Counted from the first letter of the stretch, positions 1 to 10,654 are shown. The stretch is 64,000 bases of DNA from an uncultured Planctomycetota bacterium (GCA_963823665.1 CAWGMQ010000003.1:1280001-1344000); one strand, 5' to 3'. The notes: a model not told the origin generated them from the sequence alone. Made by a program: numbers and translations.

Positions 1-2401
1 GCTCGACGGTGGCATTCCTCTCGATCGGATCCCCGGTGAACACCCAGGGTTTTCCCGGCGCCACGGTCCTGGGCACGATAATCGACATGCCGCCCGTCCT
101 GAAGGTGCCGGAAGTGCCTCCGTCGTAGCGGTCGTAACACTCCGTGAACCCTGGCCCGCGGGCCGTGGCATAGGTGTCCTCTTCCTTCAGATAGATGAAG
201 GAAGGCTCGAGGCTGTAGTAATACCCCTTCGCGAACTTCTCATCCGCGAAAGCGGGCCGGTTGGCCGTGGACGGTGTCATATGCTGCTCGATCCAATCGG
301 CAATCGGCTTGGCGTTTTGCAGGCTATGCGGGTGATGGGCGTGGCCTTCCTTGATGAGCACCGTGATCAGGCCACCCAACTGGTGGTAAGTGTTCTCGAC
401 GACCAGAGTGTGGCGCTGCAACAAGAAATCCTCAGTGCCGCAAACGTGCAACAGTGGGATGTCATGCTTGGCCAGCACCGGAACTTTGGCGAAGTCCTCG
501 TCGTACAACGCTGTATTATCGGCATAGATGCACGCAACCTTGTCGGGATTAACGACGCCCCAGTTGAACTCATTCACACCGCCTTTGCTCATCCCGATGA
601 AAGCGGCCTTCTTCGCTAGCCCATGCTTCTCCGTCAGGAACTTGTACCACCTGTCCCACGCTTTGCCCTGCCTGCCGGCGTCGGGTGTGATAAACGCGAT
701 ATGGAACCCGCGCTTGAGCAGCTCGACTTCGGCCTGAGGCTGGTGGTCCCAGTAACAGCCTTGCCAGGACCACGGGTTGCCCGCCGCCACTTCCTTCGGA
801 ACAACCACGATGCATCGCCGGAGGCCCTTCGCGGCAGCTTTGACTCCAAAACGTTCGTCATCGTCCCTCTTGAAGGGTTTGATGGCCAGGCTCTCCTCGT
901 CCATCACGAAATCGTAGCGATCGAATCCGTCGTGCCACGTGGTCTTCTCGCCATCGAAGGGCACGTACGCAACTGCACGTCCCGGAGTCGCCGAGCCTTT
1001 TTCCTGTCCAGAAGTCTCCTCCTTCCGCGATTCGCTTGCCGACGGCTCCGACTTCAACCCTACGCTGTTCACGGTGACGACGGAGTAGATGTGCTTTTCA
1101 TCGGACTGGGCCGACGTATCGAGGTAGCGCATTTCGGGCATTGGCTGATCCGGAGTGTCGTGGTACGTCATGCCCTGGAACAACGGACGTCCGAACTTGC
1201 CAACCGGTTTTTCGGGAACGTTCGCCAGTTCCTGACCATCGCGCAGCACGACGAAACCGCGGATGCCACTCTCGAAATCGGCAACTGCGCTCCATGTGAT
1301 CTCCATTCCCCGGTCGCTCTTGGGTGATGCTCTCACGTGGAAAGGAGCCGGCGGTGGAGTGGTATCGCTCGATGAGCCGGTTTTCACGTATTCCGCCCAA
1401 GCATTCGCCACTGCTTCGTTCGGCAACCAGACAGCTTCCTTGGGATCGCCTTGGAATTCCGCGGCCGGTCGAGGTTTGTCGCCCATCAAAGGAGCCAACC
1501 ATGCCTTGCTCATGTCGACGGGCTTGAGAGTTTGGTCCGCTGCATCTTTCTCCGGCAATCGCATCGCCAGGCAGGCATCGAGGAATGGGATGGCCAGATA
1601 ACGGCTGTCGCCACACTCATGTCCGGTGCGCGGGTCGGGCGCAAAGCCGATCGGCGCGCCCTTGGACCGATATTCATGAAACGTCGCCAAATTCCCCAGC
1701 CACGGGCCTTTCATGTTCTGCTCGGGCGTGTTTTTCTGCTGGGCGACTTGCTTTTCCTTCACGCCGGGATTGCACATCATCGGAATCCCGTACACAGCGC
1801 TCGGTACTTTGTGCCGGGTAAACTCGGGATGACTGAGAAACATGACCGCGGAACCCGAGCGCATCCAGACCGCGACGACGCGGTCCGGGTGAAGGGCACA
1901 CATCACATCCGACCAGATACCGCCGCCGGAATGTCCCCACAAAACCCACGGGACGGTCTCCAATTCCGGGTGGCCGGCCTTGGTCGCGAGTTCGCCGAGC
2001 GCCTTGAGGAAGGTCTTCTCCGAGCCTCTCCGCGGATCGAACCAGAGTTCCGAACCCCCAGGGGAGAGATCGTTTTTCTCGTGCAACACGTGGTAACTGG
2101 GGCCGAGCAGGGCGCAATCCCACTTCTTCGCCAGTGCCTGCCAGTGCAAATCATAGGCAGCGGTCGATCCCTCAATCGATGCCGTTGTGCCGGCTCCGTG
2201 CTGGTGGACGATGACGCCGCGCAGGCGAGGAACCCCATCGGGAATCCAAAGGGTGTATGTGACAGCGATTTGCAATTCGCCCGCGACGGTCGATGCGGGA
2301 TAATCTACCGTCAGGCATCCTCCGGCACCTCGAGTTGTTCCAGCGAGGCCAAACACGCAAGCGGCGATGGACGCAAAAGTGACGCTGTTTGTGCGTGTCA
2401 T
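1..2401 (-). CDS. Large secreted multi-domain alpha/beta-hydrolase (hydrolase + Fn3-like region + second hydrolase + start of a third); runs off the left edge
   Basis: Hand translation of the minus strand from ATG 2401 is open to position 1. It reads MTRTNSVTFASIAACVFGLAG (signal-like), LRGVIVHQHG, WGHSGGG, DTTPPPAPFHVRA..ITWSAVADFESG, FIGMSKGG, LHVCGTED, GHAHHPHSL. It is absent from the ORF track because the stop lies outside the window. Confidence 0.8.
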   Translation of the reverse strand, partial: MTRTNSVTFASIAACVFGLAGTTRGAGGCLTVDYPASTVAGELQIAVTYTLWIPDGVPRLRGVIVHQHGAGTTASIEGSTAAYDLHWQALAKKWDCALLGPSYHVLHEKNDLSPGGSELWFDPRRGSEKTFLKALGELATKAGHPELETVPWVLWGHSGGGIWSDVMCALHPDRVVAVWMRSGSAVMFLSHPEFTRHKVPSAVYGIPMMCNPGVKEKQVAQQKNTPEQNMKGPWLGNLATFHEYRSKGAPIGFAPDPRTGHECGDSRYLAIPFLDACLAMRLPEKDAADQTLKPVDMSKAWLAPLMGDKPRPAAEFQGDPKEAVWLPNEAVANAWAEYVKTGSSSDTTPPPAPFHVRASPKSDRGMEITWSAVADFESGIRGFVVLRDGQELANVPEKPVGKFGRPLFQGMTYHDTPDQPMPEMRYLDTSAQSDEKHIYSVVTVNSVGLKSEPSASESRKEETSGQEKGSATPGRAVAYVPFDGEKTTWHDGFDRYDFVMDEESLAIKPFKRDDDERFGVKAAAKGLRRCIVVVPKEVAAGNPWSWQGCYWDHQPQAEVELLKRGFHIAFITPDAGRQGKAWDRWYKFLTEKHGLAKKAAFIGMSKGGVNEFNWGVVNPDKVACIYADNTALYDEDFAKVPVLAKHDIPLLHVCGTEDFLLQRHTLVVENTYHQLGGLITVLIKEGHAHHPHSLQNAKPIADWIEQHMTPSTANRPAFADEKFAKGYYYSLEPSFIYLKEEDTYATARGPGFTECYDRYDGGTSGTFRTGGMSIIVPRTVAPGKPWVFTGDPIERNATVE

Positions 2402-2688
2402 GGTTCACCTCGCCGTGGAGAGGAGCACTCTGGATTGAAAGAGAAACGCGCCACGCTTATCTTCTCGGCCCAAAATGGAAACGAAGGCAACGATCTGTTA
2501 GCGGGCAGGTCGATTCGTTCGCTCTCGTTCGCCGACTTTCCAATTGGACGTCTCCTATACTTTACCGAGAGTGTGCGCGTAACTCGACGACGTTCAGCCG
2601 ATCTGGTCGGACGTCGAAACCCTGGCGTAGTCGAACGGAGTGAAACATCGTTACGATGATCCGCACGAAAAGACACGGGAGCCAGTCC

Positions 2689-3189
2689 ATGCGAAAAGCC
2701 GTCTACGCGGGCAGTTTCGACCCGATCACACTCGGTCATCAGTGGATCATCGAGCAGGCGGCGCCGCTCTTCGATCAGTTGGTCGTCGCGATCGGCGTGA
2801 ACCCCGACAAGAGGGCAACGTTTACGGTTGAGGAGCGTCTTCGATTTATCGTTGAGACCACCTCCGGAATCGCCACATGCGCCGTTGCCGCCTTCGAAAA
2901 CAAATACCTGGTCGACTACGCCGATCAGATCGGCGCCGGCTACATCATCCGAGGAATCCGCAATGAATCCGATTTCACTTTCGAGCGCGCGATGCGGCAC
3001 ATCAACAGTGACCTGCGCCCCGAAGTGCTAACCGTCTTCCTCATGCCGCCGCGGCAGCTCGCGGAGCTCAGCTCCAGTATGGTGAAAGGGATGGTGGGGC
3101 CCGAAGGGTGGGAAACCGTTGTCCAGCGATCTGTTTCCCCCTCTGTGTTTCAAGCCCTCAAGGCGGTTCACGGAGGGCGTCATGCTTGA
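2689..3189 (+). CDS. coaD: Phosphopantetheine adenylyltransferase
   Basis: YAGSFDPITLGH, IIRGIRNESDFTFE and LSSSMVK motifs. Confidence 0.93.
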   Translation: MRKAVYAGSFDPITLGHQWIIEQAAPLFDQLVVAIGVNPDKRATFTVEERLRFIVETTSGIATCAVAAFENKYLVDYADQIGAGYIIRGIRNESDFTFERAMRHINSDLRPEVLTVFLMPPRQLAELSSSMVKGMVGPEGWETVVQRSVSPSVFQALKAVHGGRHA

Positions 3190-3805
3190 CCGCTGGCGCG
3201 CCCTGGTCGCTCGCGTTACAGAAATGCCCGAGCCCGAAGCGGCCCGAGCCGTCTTCGATGACCTTTATACCCGATACACGGCGGCAGACCGGCGGTACCA
3301 CGACATCCACCACATCGACCACTGCCTCCAACTCTTCGATATGGTTCGCGCCCTGGCTTCGCAACCCGATGCAATCGAGCTTGCGATCTGGTTCCATGAT
3401 GCGATTTATGACAGCCACAAATCCGACAATGAGGCCTCCAGCGCGAGCCTGGCGGAATCCGCCCTTTTGCAACTGGGCGTTCCGCGTGCGACGAGGCAAT
3501 GCGTCTGCGATCTGATCCTCGCCACGCAGCACAACGCCCCGCCCACCAATCCTGACGCGGCGTTGCTGGTGGATATTGACCTGTCGATTCTGGGTCAACC
3601 CGAGCCCATTTTCGACGCCTATGAAGCGGGCGTTCGATTTGAATATGCTTGGGTTACGGACTCCGCCTTTCGCGCCGGGCGGTCCAAAGTCCTCCAGTCC
3701 TTTCTCGACCGGCCGCGGATTTACACAACGGCCTATTTCAGCGCCGCCTTCGAATCGTCCGCCCGTCAAAACCTGGCCCGCTCGCTGACAAACCTCTCGG
3801 GCTGA
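3182..3805 (+). CDS. Predicted HD-superfamily metal-dependent phosphohydrolase (COG4339-like)
   Basis: RRYHDIHHI, AIWFHDAIYD, DNEASSA, LVDIDLSILG, VRFEY. The start overlaps the end of coaD. Confidence 0.85.
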   Translation: MLDRWRALVARVTEMPEPEAARAVFDDLYTRYTAADRRYHDIHHIDHCLQLFDMVRALASQPDAIELAIWFHDAIYDSHKSDNEASSASLAESALLQLGVPRATRQCVCDLILATQHNAPPTNPDAALLVDIDLSILGQPEPIFDAYEAGVRFEYAWVTDSAFRAGRSKVLQSFLDRPRIYTTAYFSAAFESSARQNLARSLTNLSG

Positions 3806-3860
3806 CTCGAGCTTGGGACGGTTCGCGTGCGAACGCGAAATTTATTCCAGGCGATTGCGA

Positions 3861-3881
3861 CTATCCCACCGAGTAGGATAG
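3861..3881. promoter_or_regulatory. Imperfect inverted repeat, candidate HigA operator
   Basis: CTATCCcaccgagtaGGATAG lies immediately before the toxin reading frame. Confidence 0.45.
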
Positions 3882-3882
3882 A

Positions 3883-4236
3883 ACGCAGAAGATCTTCATT
3901 GAGTCCAGCGAGTTCACGAAGTGGGTCAATGAATACCTGACGCATGACGATTTCGTTGCCTTGCAGCGCATTCTGCTAAAGGATCCTGACTCGGGAAATG
4001 TCATGTCCGGCTGCGGCGGCATGCGAAAGCTACGAATCGCCGACCCCGGTCGAGGAAAAGGGAAAAGGGGTGGCGCGCGTGTGATCTATCTTCACATCGA
4101 GGAATTGGAACAGATTCACTTCATCACGGTTTACGGCAAAGACGACCAGGATGACATTTCGGACGACGACAAGAAAAGCTATCGAAAACTCGTCGAAGCC
4201 TTGAAGAAACAAGCCAAACGCTTCAGGAGGTCATGA
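3883..4236 (+). CDS. higB: RelE/HigB-family toxin
   Basis: The frame reads (T)QKIFIESSEFTKW...GCGGMRKLRIADPGRGKGKRGGARVIY...ITVYGKDDQDDIS. Family-like sequence extends upstream of the track start at 3961 to an ACG at 3883. Confidence 0.88.
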   Translation, partial: TQKIFIESSEFTKWVNEYLTHDDFVALQRILLKDPDSGNVMSGCGGMRKLRIADPGRGKGKRGGARVIYLHIEELEQIHFITVYGKDDQDDISDDDKKSYRKLVEALKKQAKRFRRS

Positions 4237-4243
4237 GTACGCG

Positions 4244-4648
4244 ATGAACGAACGAACGACTCGACTCCCGGTGGCGCAACAAATCCGCAAGGGCCTCGAA
4301 GAGGCGATCCGCCATGCGAAGGGAGAAATCACCCTCAAAACCACCGTCGTGGAATTTCCCGACCCACCGCCAGAGATTGAAGCTGGGCAGGTAACGAGAT
4401 TGAGACTGGAATCCCGCATGTCCCAGGCCGTTTTCGCGCGAGTGCTCAATGTCTCGACCAAGACAGTGCAGAGCTGGGAGCACGGCACCCGAAAGCCCTC
4501 CCAGGCGGCACTTCGGCTGATCCAAGTCTTCGGCCAGAACCCGGGCGAAGTGCTGAGAATCGCGGGCATGACAGAGAATGGAGTCAAGACGAGCGCGAGA
4601 GGAAAGACGGCTTCGGCCCGGGCAAGGGGATCGGGCGATCGCCAGTGA
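4244..4648 (+). CDS. higA: HigA-type XRE helix-turn-helix antitoxin
   Basis: MSQAVFARVLNVSTKTVQSWEHGTRKPS; directly downstream of the toxin. Confidence 0.88.
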   Translation: MNERTTRLPVAQQIRKGLEEAIRHAKGEITLKTTVVEFPDPPPEIEAGQVTRLRLESRMSQAVFARVLNVSTKTVQSWEHGTRKPSQAALRLIQVFGQNPGEVLRIAGMTENGVKTSARGKTASARARGSGDRQ

Positions 4649-4675
4649 GCCGGCGTCCCCCCGGATAAGGCTGAC

Positions 4676-6016
4676 TCATCGCCGCTGCATTTTGCAGTCG
4701 AAGCCGCCCGGGGTCGCCACGAGTGCCTTCGTCGATTTGATTGACGCCGAGACGTTGACAGTCTGGATCGCACTGCCCGTTGCAATCTCACGCGGAGTGC
4801 GAATCCATCGGTCAGGCCGCCCACCAAACAAAACGAGCACCTTCCAAAAGAGATAGATCGGGAACGCGCCGGCGGCGGCCGCGTATCGCCAAGGTAAGCC
4901 CATCACGAGGAAGGGTGAGACAAAATGAAGGCCCAGCGCGAGCGCCATCAAACTGAGCGAGCTGACGAGCACGGGGCGAAGCAGCGGCATCGCGAGGTGG
5001 TGCGAGCCGAGCAAGCAAAGAATGTCAATCACCGCAACGCCGATACACAGCATAGTAAGCGTTGTGATCGTCGGCAGGGTGAGGTCACAGAGAGCCAGGA
5101 TTTTCTTCCTGGCGGAGAGGACCTTGCAGGTGATCAACGGTACGAGCACCTTCCTGCGTACGGCCTTGCGACCGAACTCCCATCGCTGGCGCTGTTTGAC
5201 CGCAGCCTCGCCCCCGTGGGCGAGCATCGTGCTGTAGACCGAAACTTCTGGCTCAAAAACAACCGCTTCGCCCGCCATCCGCAGGACCCAGGTGTACTCC
5301 AGATCCTCGACAAGTCCGTGACAGTGCCAGGGCACGCGCCGCAATCCCCGCACAGACAGGCACATGCCGTTGCCCTGGAATGAGGCGCCCAGACCAAGTT
5401 GGGTTTTGCCAAGGGCCATCACGCCATTGAAAAGGCTGAACGCATAAGTCAGAAGGACCGTACGCCAGGTTGCGTCCGGATTCGCGACGGCGCTGTGAGC
5501 CTGAATCCAATCGCATCCCTCCCGCAGATCTTGATCGAACGTGGTCAGAAGACGCCGATCGATCGTCGTGTCCGCGTCCACGATCACCAGGGCATCAATG
5601 CGTTCGAGCTCGCCACTCTGTTGAAGAGTATCGATCAAATAGTCGATCGCGTGCCCTTTGCTTTTCTTGGACTCGTCAAGACGTTCGACGACGCGCGCGC
5701 CGGCGAGTCTTGCCAGGACTGCGGTCCCGTCGGAACAGTTATCGGCGATGAGAACAACGTCGAAAAGCGACCGCGGGTAATCGACTTCCAGGCAGCTCTG
5801 CACCGACTTCGAGACCACCGGCTCCTCGTCGTGCGCGGGAATAACGATCAAGAACCGCGACACCGGCGTCACCGCGCGTTTTGCCCCCCGCCGTGCCAGG
5901 AATGCTGCGGCCGTTACCACCAGAAGGAAACAAATGTGAGGGATTAACGCGAAATTGATGAAGATGAGAAGTAGCGAGAACGTCCAGCCGATCATCATCC
6001 ATCTCCGTAAACGCAA
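4676..6016 (-). CDS. Membrane GT2-family glycosyltransferase
   Basis: IPAHDEE, ADNCSDGT, DAD, EDLE and QRQRW (QxxRW) motifs, with hydrophobic N- and C-terminal helices. Confidence 0.9.
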   Translation of the reverse strand: MRLRRWMMIGWTFSLLLIFINFALIPHICFLLVVTAAAFLARRGAKRAVTPVSRFLIVIPAHDEEPVVSKSVQSCLEVDYPRSLFDVVLIADNCSDGTAVLARLAGARVVERLDESKKSKGHAIDYLIDTLQQSGELERIDALVIVDADTTIDRRLLTTFDQDLREGCDWIQAHSAVANPDATWRTVLLTYAFSLFNGVMALGKTQLGLGASFQGNGMCLSVRGLRRVPWHCHGLVEDLEYTWVLRMAGEAVVFEPEVSVYSTMLAHGGEAAVKQRQRWEFGRKAVRRKVLVPLITCKVLSARKKILALCDLTLPTITTLTMLCIGVAVIDILCLLGSHHLAMPLLRPVLVSSLSLMALALGLHFVSPFLVMGLPWRYAAAAGAFPIYLFWKVLVLFGGRPDRWIRTPREIATGSAIQTVNVSASIKSTKALVATPGGFDCKMQRR

Positions 6017-6239
6017 AGTGGACCGTCATCGTGGTGGTGCCAAGCACGAACGACATTAAGTTGTGCATCCAATCAGCTTCCCGGTTACGTCAATCAAGGA
6101 ATTCTCGTCACCAGCTTGGATCACATTAGACCATCGACGATTGCTTTCGTAAATGGTCGCTGTCCAAGTTGAGATCGCGCCCGAACCAGCTCTAACTCGC
6201 GCACGCGACGCCGTGGATCCGGTCGCTGAGGTGGTTGTG

Positions 6240-6255
6240 AGCAATCCACGTGCCA
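6240..6255 (-). promoter_or_regulatory. Sigma54 (-24/-12) promoter facing the GT2 gene
   Basis: The minus strand reads TGGCAC-GTGGA-TTGCT, an exact match to TGGCAC-N5-TTGCW, in the intergenic gap. Confidence 0.75.
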
Positions 6256-6420
6256 ATTGCAGCAGAAGCTCAGATCACCATTTTCGTCGCCAAAATTCTC
6301 AACGAGACCCGCAGCGGCGCGACCACCTCGGAATGCAGCATGGCCACGACGATGGTGCGGACGTTGACTGTCCACCAGCACGCTTGGCGCTCGGTTCGCA
6401 ATAGCACCGACAACGGCAAC

Positions 6421-7353
6421 TTAGCCAGGCACACCGTCCGCCCGCGCTGCGATCAACTCGCGGCTCCGGTAATGCGTAACCCGGTTTCGACCGGCCTGTT
6501 TCGATTGATAGAGGGCACAGTCGGCGTGTTCGACGAGCGCCGTCGCGGTCGTAGTGCCGGGGCCGATTGTTGCCACTCCCAGGCTGGCGGTGACCTGACG
6601 TCGCGGCCATGCGCCGCTTGCAATCGAGCGGCGCAAGCGTTCGGCAACTTCCATCGCCTCGTCCCCGCCGGTTGCCGGCAGCAAAATGACGAACTCCTCG
6701 CCGCCGTAACGGGCCACCACGTCGTGGCTGCGCAGACTGGATCGCAGAGTCGACCCAAGACGCTTCAGGATCTCGTCGCCCGCCGGATGGCCGAAGGTGT
6801 CGTTGTATTCCTTGAACTGATCCAGATCGAGCATGATGAGCGAGAGTGGAGTCCCCAGACGCTGCGTCTGAGCGTAAAGCAGGTCCAGGTCTTCACGGAA
6901 TCGGCGCCGGTTCTTGGTGCCGGTCAATTCGTCGACCGCGGCCAGCTCGGCCAGGCGCTCGTTCTGCCGCGCGAGCTGCGCGTGCACCTTTAGGATGCGC
7001 TCGGCGATCTCCAGGCGCACCGCAAGCTCATCCGGATCAGGCGGCTTGATCAGGAAGTCGTCGGCCCCGGCGCGAAGGCCTTCGAGACGGTCGTCTCTTC
7101 GATCGCGAGACGTCAAAAGGATGATGTACGTATACCGTTCCATCGCGCCGGAGCGGATGCGTCGGCAGAGCGCCGGTCCGTCCAGCAGCGGCATCATCCA
7201 ATCCGAAAGCAAGACGGGCGCCTGGTCGTTTTGCAATGATCGCCAGGCCTGCTCGCCGTCGGATGCGATTGTCGTCTCGTGACCGAGTTTTTCCAGCGTG
7301 CGGGCCAGGTAGAGCGCCGAGGGCGCCTGATCTTCGGCGATCAAGATCTTCAT
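6421..7353 (-). CDS. Response-regulator diguanylate cyclase (REC + GGDEF)
   Basis: [14 protein letters not shown] receiver; RSHD (RxxD I-site) followed by ARYGGEEF. Confidence 0.95.
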   Translation of the reverse strand: MKILIAEDQAPSALYLARTLEKLGHETTIASDGEQAWRSLQNDQAPVLLSDWMMPLLDGPALCRRIRSGAMERYTYIILLTSRDRRDDRLEGLRAGADDFLIKPPDPDELAVRLEIAERILKVHAQLARQNERLAELAAVDELTGTKNRRRFREDLDLLYAQTQRLGTPLSLIMLDLDQFKEYNDTFGHPAGDEILKRLGSTLRSSLRSHDVVARYGGEEFVILLPATGGDEAMEVAERLRRSIASGAWPRRQVTASLGVATIGPGTTTATALVEHADCALYQSKQAGRNRVTHYRSRELIAARADGVPG

Positions 7354-10046
7354 GCCTTGGCCCCGACAGCCAGGAAGTCTTCCAGCGTCGTTCTCACCGC
7401 CTCCCAGGCACCTGTCAGGTCCGCGGCGGCGCTCGAGGCGCTTACCAGATCCTTACGATTCGAGGCGTGCTCGACGTCGACGCAGAATTGCGCCAGCTTG
7501 GGGGCGCCAATTGTCCGGCTGATCCCTTTCAAGGCGTGGGCTTGTGCCGAGAGTTCCCGCCAATCGGTGCTCTGGAGCGCTTGCTCGATCCCGGCCAGGC
7601 AGCCCGGCGCTGATTGCAAAAACGTGAGCGCCAGCTCGTGGGCGAAGTCTTGATCACCCCCGCAGATCTCCGTCAGCTCTTCGATCAGCGACCGACTGGC
7701 GTCGGCCGAGGAAGGGCTCTCAATCGGGCCCAGGCGCTCGAGTGCGGCGTGCAGGTCTGCCTGACGCATCGGCTTGGGAAGATAGCCGTCGAATCCGGCG
7801 GTGAGGCACCGCTGGCGGTCGCCCTGCATCGCGTGCGCCGTGAGCGCGATGACCGGCGCGTGGTCGCCGGTTTTCTCCTCGCGGCCCCGAATCGCTTTGA
7901 GCGCCTCGAACCCGTCCATCTCCGGCATCTGCAAGTCCATCAAGACCACGTCGAACCGGCCTGCTTGCAGGGCATCAAGCGCCTTGGCGCCGTCCGCCGC
8001 GACGACCACGCTGTGACCCAGGTGCTCGAGCATGCGAACGGCCACCTTCTGATTCACGGGGTGATCCTCGGCGAGCAGTATTCGAAGCGATGCACCCGAG
8101 CGAGCGGGTGCGATCGCGCAAGGGGAAGGCGCCCGCGTGCGACTGAGCTCCGACCTGCTCCAGAGCGTCATCTCTTTCAAGAGCGCGTCGAATAGCTCGG
8201 ACTGACGAACCGGCTTCGTCAAGCAGAACGAGATCGCCAGAGCGCGGCAGCGTGCTGTGTCTTCCGGCTGGCCGGCCGAAGTGAGAAGCACCAGGCGAAC
8301 ACCGGCGATCGCCGGCTCTCGCCGGATTCGTTCCGCCAGGTCGAAGCCATCGATCTCGGGCATCATCCCGTCGATCAGAACAATGGGATACGGCTCGCCG
8401 CGGTCCGCGGCGTTGCGCAGCGACAAAAGCGCCGCACGACCGCCGTCGACGGCGGTCGGTCGCATTCCCCAGTTCGTGATCACTTCGGTCAGGATCAGCC
8501 GGTTGGTGGCGTTGTCGTCCACGATCAGGACATGCAGACCTTCTAGATGGGAAAGCTGCGGCTCGGAGGCGTGAGCATGGTCGGGAGCCTGCACCCCCAT
8601 CTTCACCGTGAACGTGAACGTGCTGCCCCGCCCTGGCTCGCTATCGACCGAGATCTCTCCACCCATCAGATCGACGAGCTTGTGCGAGATGGTGAGCCCC
8701 AGGCCGGTGCCTCCGTAACGCCTGGTCGTCGACCCGTCCGCCTGCTCGAACGGCTGAAAGATGGTCTGCAATTTGTGTGCAGGTATGCCGATGCCCGTAT
8801 CCGAGACGGAGATTCGCAGCATGACGACCGCGTCGCTCGATTCCACGACCGAGACCGCGGCGACAACCTCGCCGCGCTCGGTGAACTTGATCGCGTTTCC
8901 GATCAGATTGACGATGACCTGGCGAAGGCGCCCGGAGTCGCCGATCAGTCGATCGGGCACATCGGGTGCGATGCGGCAGGCGAGTTCGAGGCCCTTGGTG
9001 TGAGATCGCAAGGCCAGCGCCTGCAGGGTTTCGTCGAGCGTATCACGCAAGGCGAAGGGAGCTTCCGCCAGGCTGAGCTTGCCGGCTTCGATCTTTGAGA
9101 AGTCGAGAATGTCATTGATGACCGTCAGCAGCGAGTCGGCGGAGCTCTTGACCAGACCGAGATACTCGCGCTGCCGAGGTGTCAGATCGGTGTCGAGGGC
9201 CAGCTCGGTCATGCCGATGATTCCGTTCATGGGCGTGCGAATCTCATGGCTCATGTTGGCGAGAAACTCGCTCTTGGACCGACTCGCCGCCACGGCCTGC
9301 GCCTGGCTCTCGCGAATCTCGATGGCTTGCCGTGTGAGCTCACTGTTGGCCGCGGAGAGATCGGCCGTGCGCTGCCGCACTCGCGCCTCCACGCGGGCGT
9401 GGGCCGCTTCGAGCTCGGCAAGATGAACGGCCAGCTCGTGCATGTTCTCGCATGATTGGCGGCAGGCCCGCACGAGAACGATGTCCTCGAAAACAACCCA
9501 GGCCGAATGCTCGAGCCAGCGCCAGGGACTTGATGTCAGGACGCCGTAGACCGATTGCGGCCAGTAAATTCCTCGCAGGAAATGGTCGATAGCCACCACT
9601 GCCGACGCCGTGATCAAAACCCTCCAGTCGCGGTAGAGCGACAGGAACGCCAGCGACACGAAAACGTGGAAGTGAAACTCGATCCGCCCCCCCGAAAGAT
9701 GGATGAGCAGCACGCTCATGAGCATCTGGCCAATCGCCACCGCGTGACGCGTCATCGCCGCGGCCGGGCGCATGACCGTGAGTGCGACCGGCAGGCTCAC
9801 AATGGCGCCGCCTAAAAAGATCGAGGCCAACAGGTGCAGATGCACCCAGCGCGACTCGCCAGCCCATGTGTAGGGTGTCACCGCCAGCGCAAACGACACG
9901 GCGGCCGACCACTCGAGCACAAGCAGGACCGCGAAAAGCTGGTCAACATGTTTGTAGACCGCGTGCAATTGATCCTGGTACTTCTGATCCGCCCGCTCGG
10001 CCGTCGACCCGCGGAGGGTTTCCTGGTCGGGAATCCCGGTCGTCAT
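7350..10046 (-). CDS. Membrane hybrid histidine kinase (multi-TM sensor, HisKA, HATPase, 2 REC, Hpt)
   Basis: [38 protein letters not shown], two receivers (DGMMP, DLQMP) and AHALKG Hpt motif. Confidence 0.95.
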   Translation of the reverse strand: MTTGIPDQETLRGSTAERADQKYQDQLHAVYKHVDQLFAVLLVLEWSAAVSFALAVTPYTWAGESRWVHLHLLASIFLGGAIVSLPVALTVMRPAAAMTRHAVAIGQMLMSVLLIHLSGGRIEFHFHVFVSLAFLSLYRDWRVLITASAVVAIDHFLRGIYWPQSVYGVLTSSPWRWLEHSAWVVFEDIVLVRACRQSCENMHELAVHLAELEAAHARVEARVRQRTADLSAANSELTRQAIEIRESQAQAVAASRSKSEFLANMSHEIRTPMNGIIGMTELALDTDLTPRQREYLGLVKSSADSLLTVINDILDFSKIEAGKLSLAEAPFALRDTLDETLQALALRSHTKGLELACRIAPDVPDRLIGDSGRLRQVIVNLIGNAIKFTERGEVVAAVSVVESSDAVVMLRISVSDTGIGIPAHKLQTIFQPFEQADGSTTRRYGGTGLGLTISHKLVDLMGGEISVDSEPGRGSTFTFTVKMGVQAPDHAHASEPQLSHLEGLHVLIVDDNATNRLILTEVITNWGMRPTAVDGGRAALLSLRNAADRGEPYPIVLIDGMMPEIDGFDLAERIRREPAIAGVRLVLLTSAGQPEDTARCRALAISFCLTKPVRQSELFDALLKEMTLWSRSELSRTRAPSPCAIAPARSGASLRILLAEDHPVNQKVAVRMLEHLGHSVVVAADGAKALDALQAGRFDVVLMDLQMPEMDGFEALKAIRGREEKTGDHAPVIALTAHAMQGDRQRCLTAGFDGYLPKPMRQADLHAALERLGPIESPSSADASRSLIEELTEICGGDQDFAHELALTFLQSAPGCLAGIEQALQSTDWRELSAQAHALKGISRTIGAPKLAQFCVDVEHASNRKDLVSASSAAADLTGAWEAVRTTLEDFLAVGAKA

Positions 10047-10654
10047 GGGCGTGTCTCCGCAGCCGGTGCCGGCTGGGGGTCAAGAAGCGGACATCCAAAG
10101 GCCGGGGCACTGCATCGATCGGCTGCCTCGCCGAACAGCCTGGCCAGTACCGCCGCGCGGCCAAAATTCTCTCCGCGATGGCCACGTGCCGGCGTGATTC
10201 CACCGCTGTAGAGCAATCGCCCCTGCGGATCGTACAGAACCACGTGCCCGGACGTGCGCACGCCGAATAGCCGGGCGAGCACGCCACCCTCGTCATCCCA
10301 GGTCGTGAGCCCCGGCAATTGCGAGAGTGAGCCGTCGATACGCGGGCCGGCTTCGAACTGTTTCGAACTCGCGCGCAAGATCACCGCATGCGCGGCGACC
10401 CGATTACCACTGCGTGCCAGAATCTCGCCCAGCTCGTCGACGCTGGCGCCGGAACACGGGCAGAGGGGATGGAGGAACATCAGGAGCGTGGGCCGTCGGG
10501 CGTCCAGTGGAATCTCGCTGGCTTTTGGCCAGGTTGAGAGTGTGCGCACCGCGGCGCCGGGCGAGGCCGCGTAGGCCTGCAAGATCAGACAACCAGTGGC
10601 GACGGCAATGCCCCACCCAGCAAACAAGTAGCTCCACGGAAAACGAGGCCGCAT
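10043..10654 (-). CDS. RedB-like membrane-anchored thioredoxin-fold protein
   Basis: N-terminal hydrophobic helix, [25 protein letters not shown]-terminal FGCPL; 4-nt overlap with the kinase. Confidence 0.7.
   Translation of the reverse strand: MRPRFPWSYLFAGWGIAVATGCLILQAYAASPGAAVRTLSTWPKASEIPLDARRPTLLMFLHPLCPCSGASVDELGEILARSGNRVAAHAVILRASSKQFEAGPRIDGSLSQLPGLTTWDDEGGVLARLFGVRTSGHVVLYDPQGRLLYSGGITPARGHRGENFGRAAVLARLFGEAADRCSAPAFGCPLLDPQPAPAAETRP

Noticed and set aside
281..2659. Plus-strand ORFs 281..619, 623..1327 and 1451..2659
   Set aside because: They are antisense shadows of the real minus-strand hydrolase gene.
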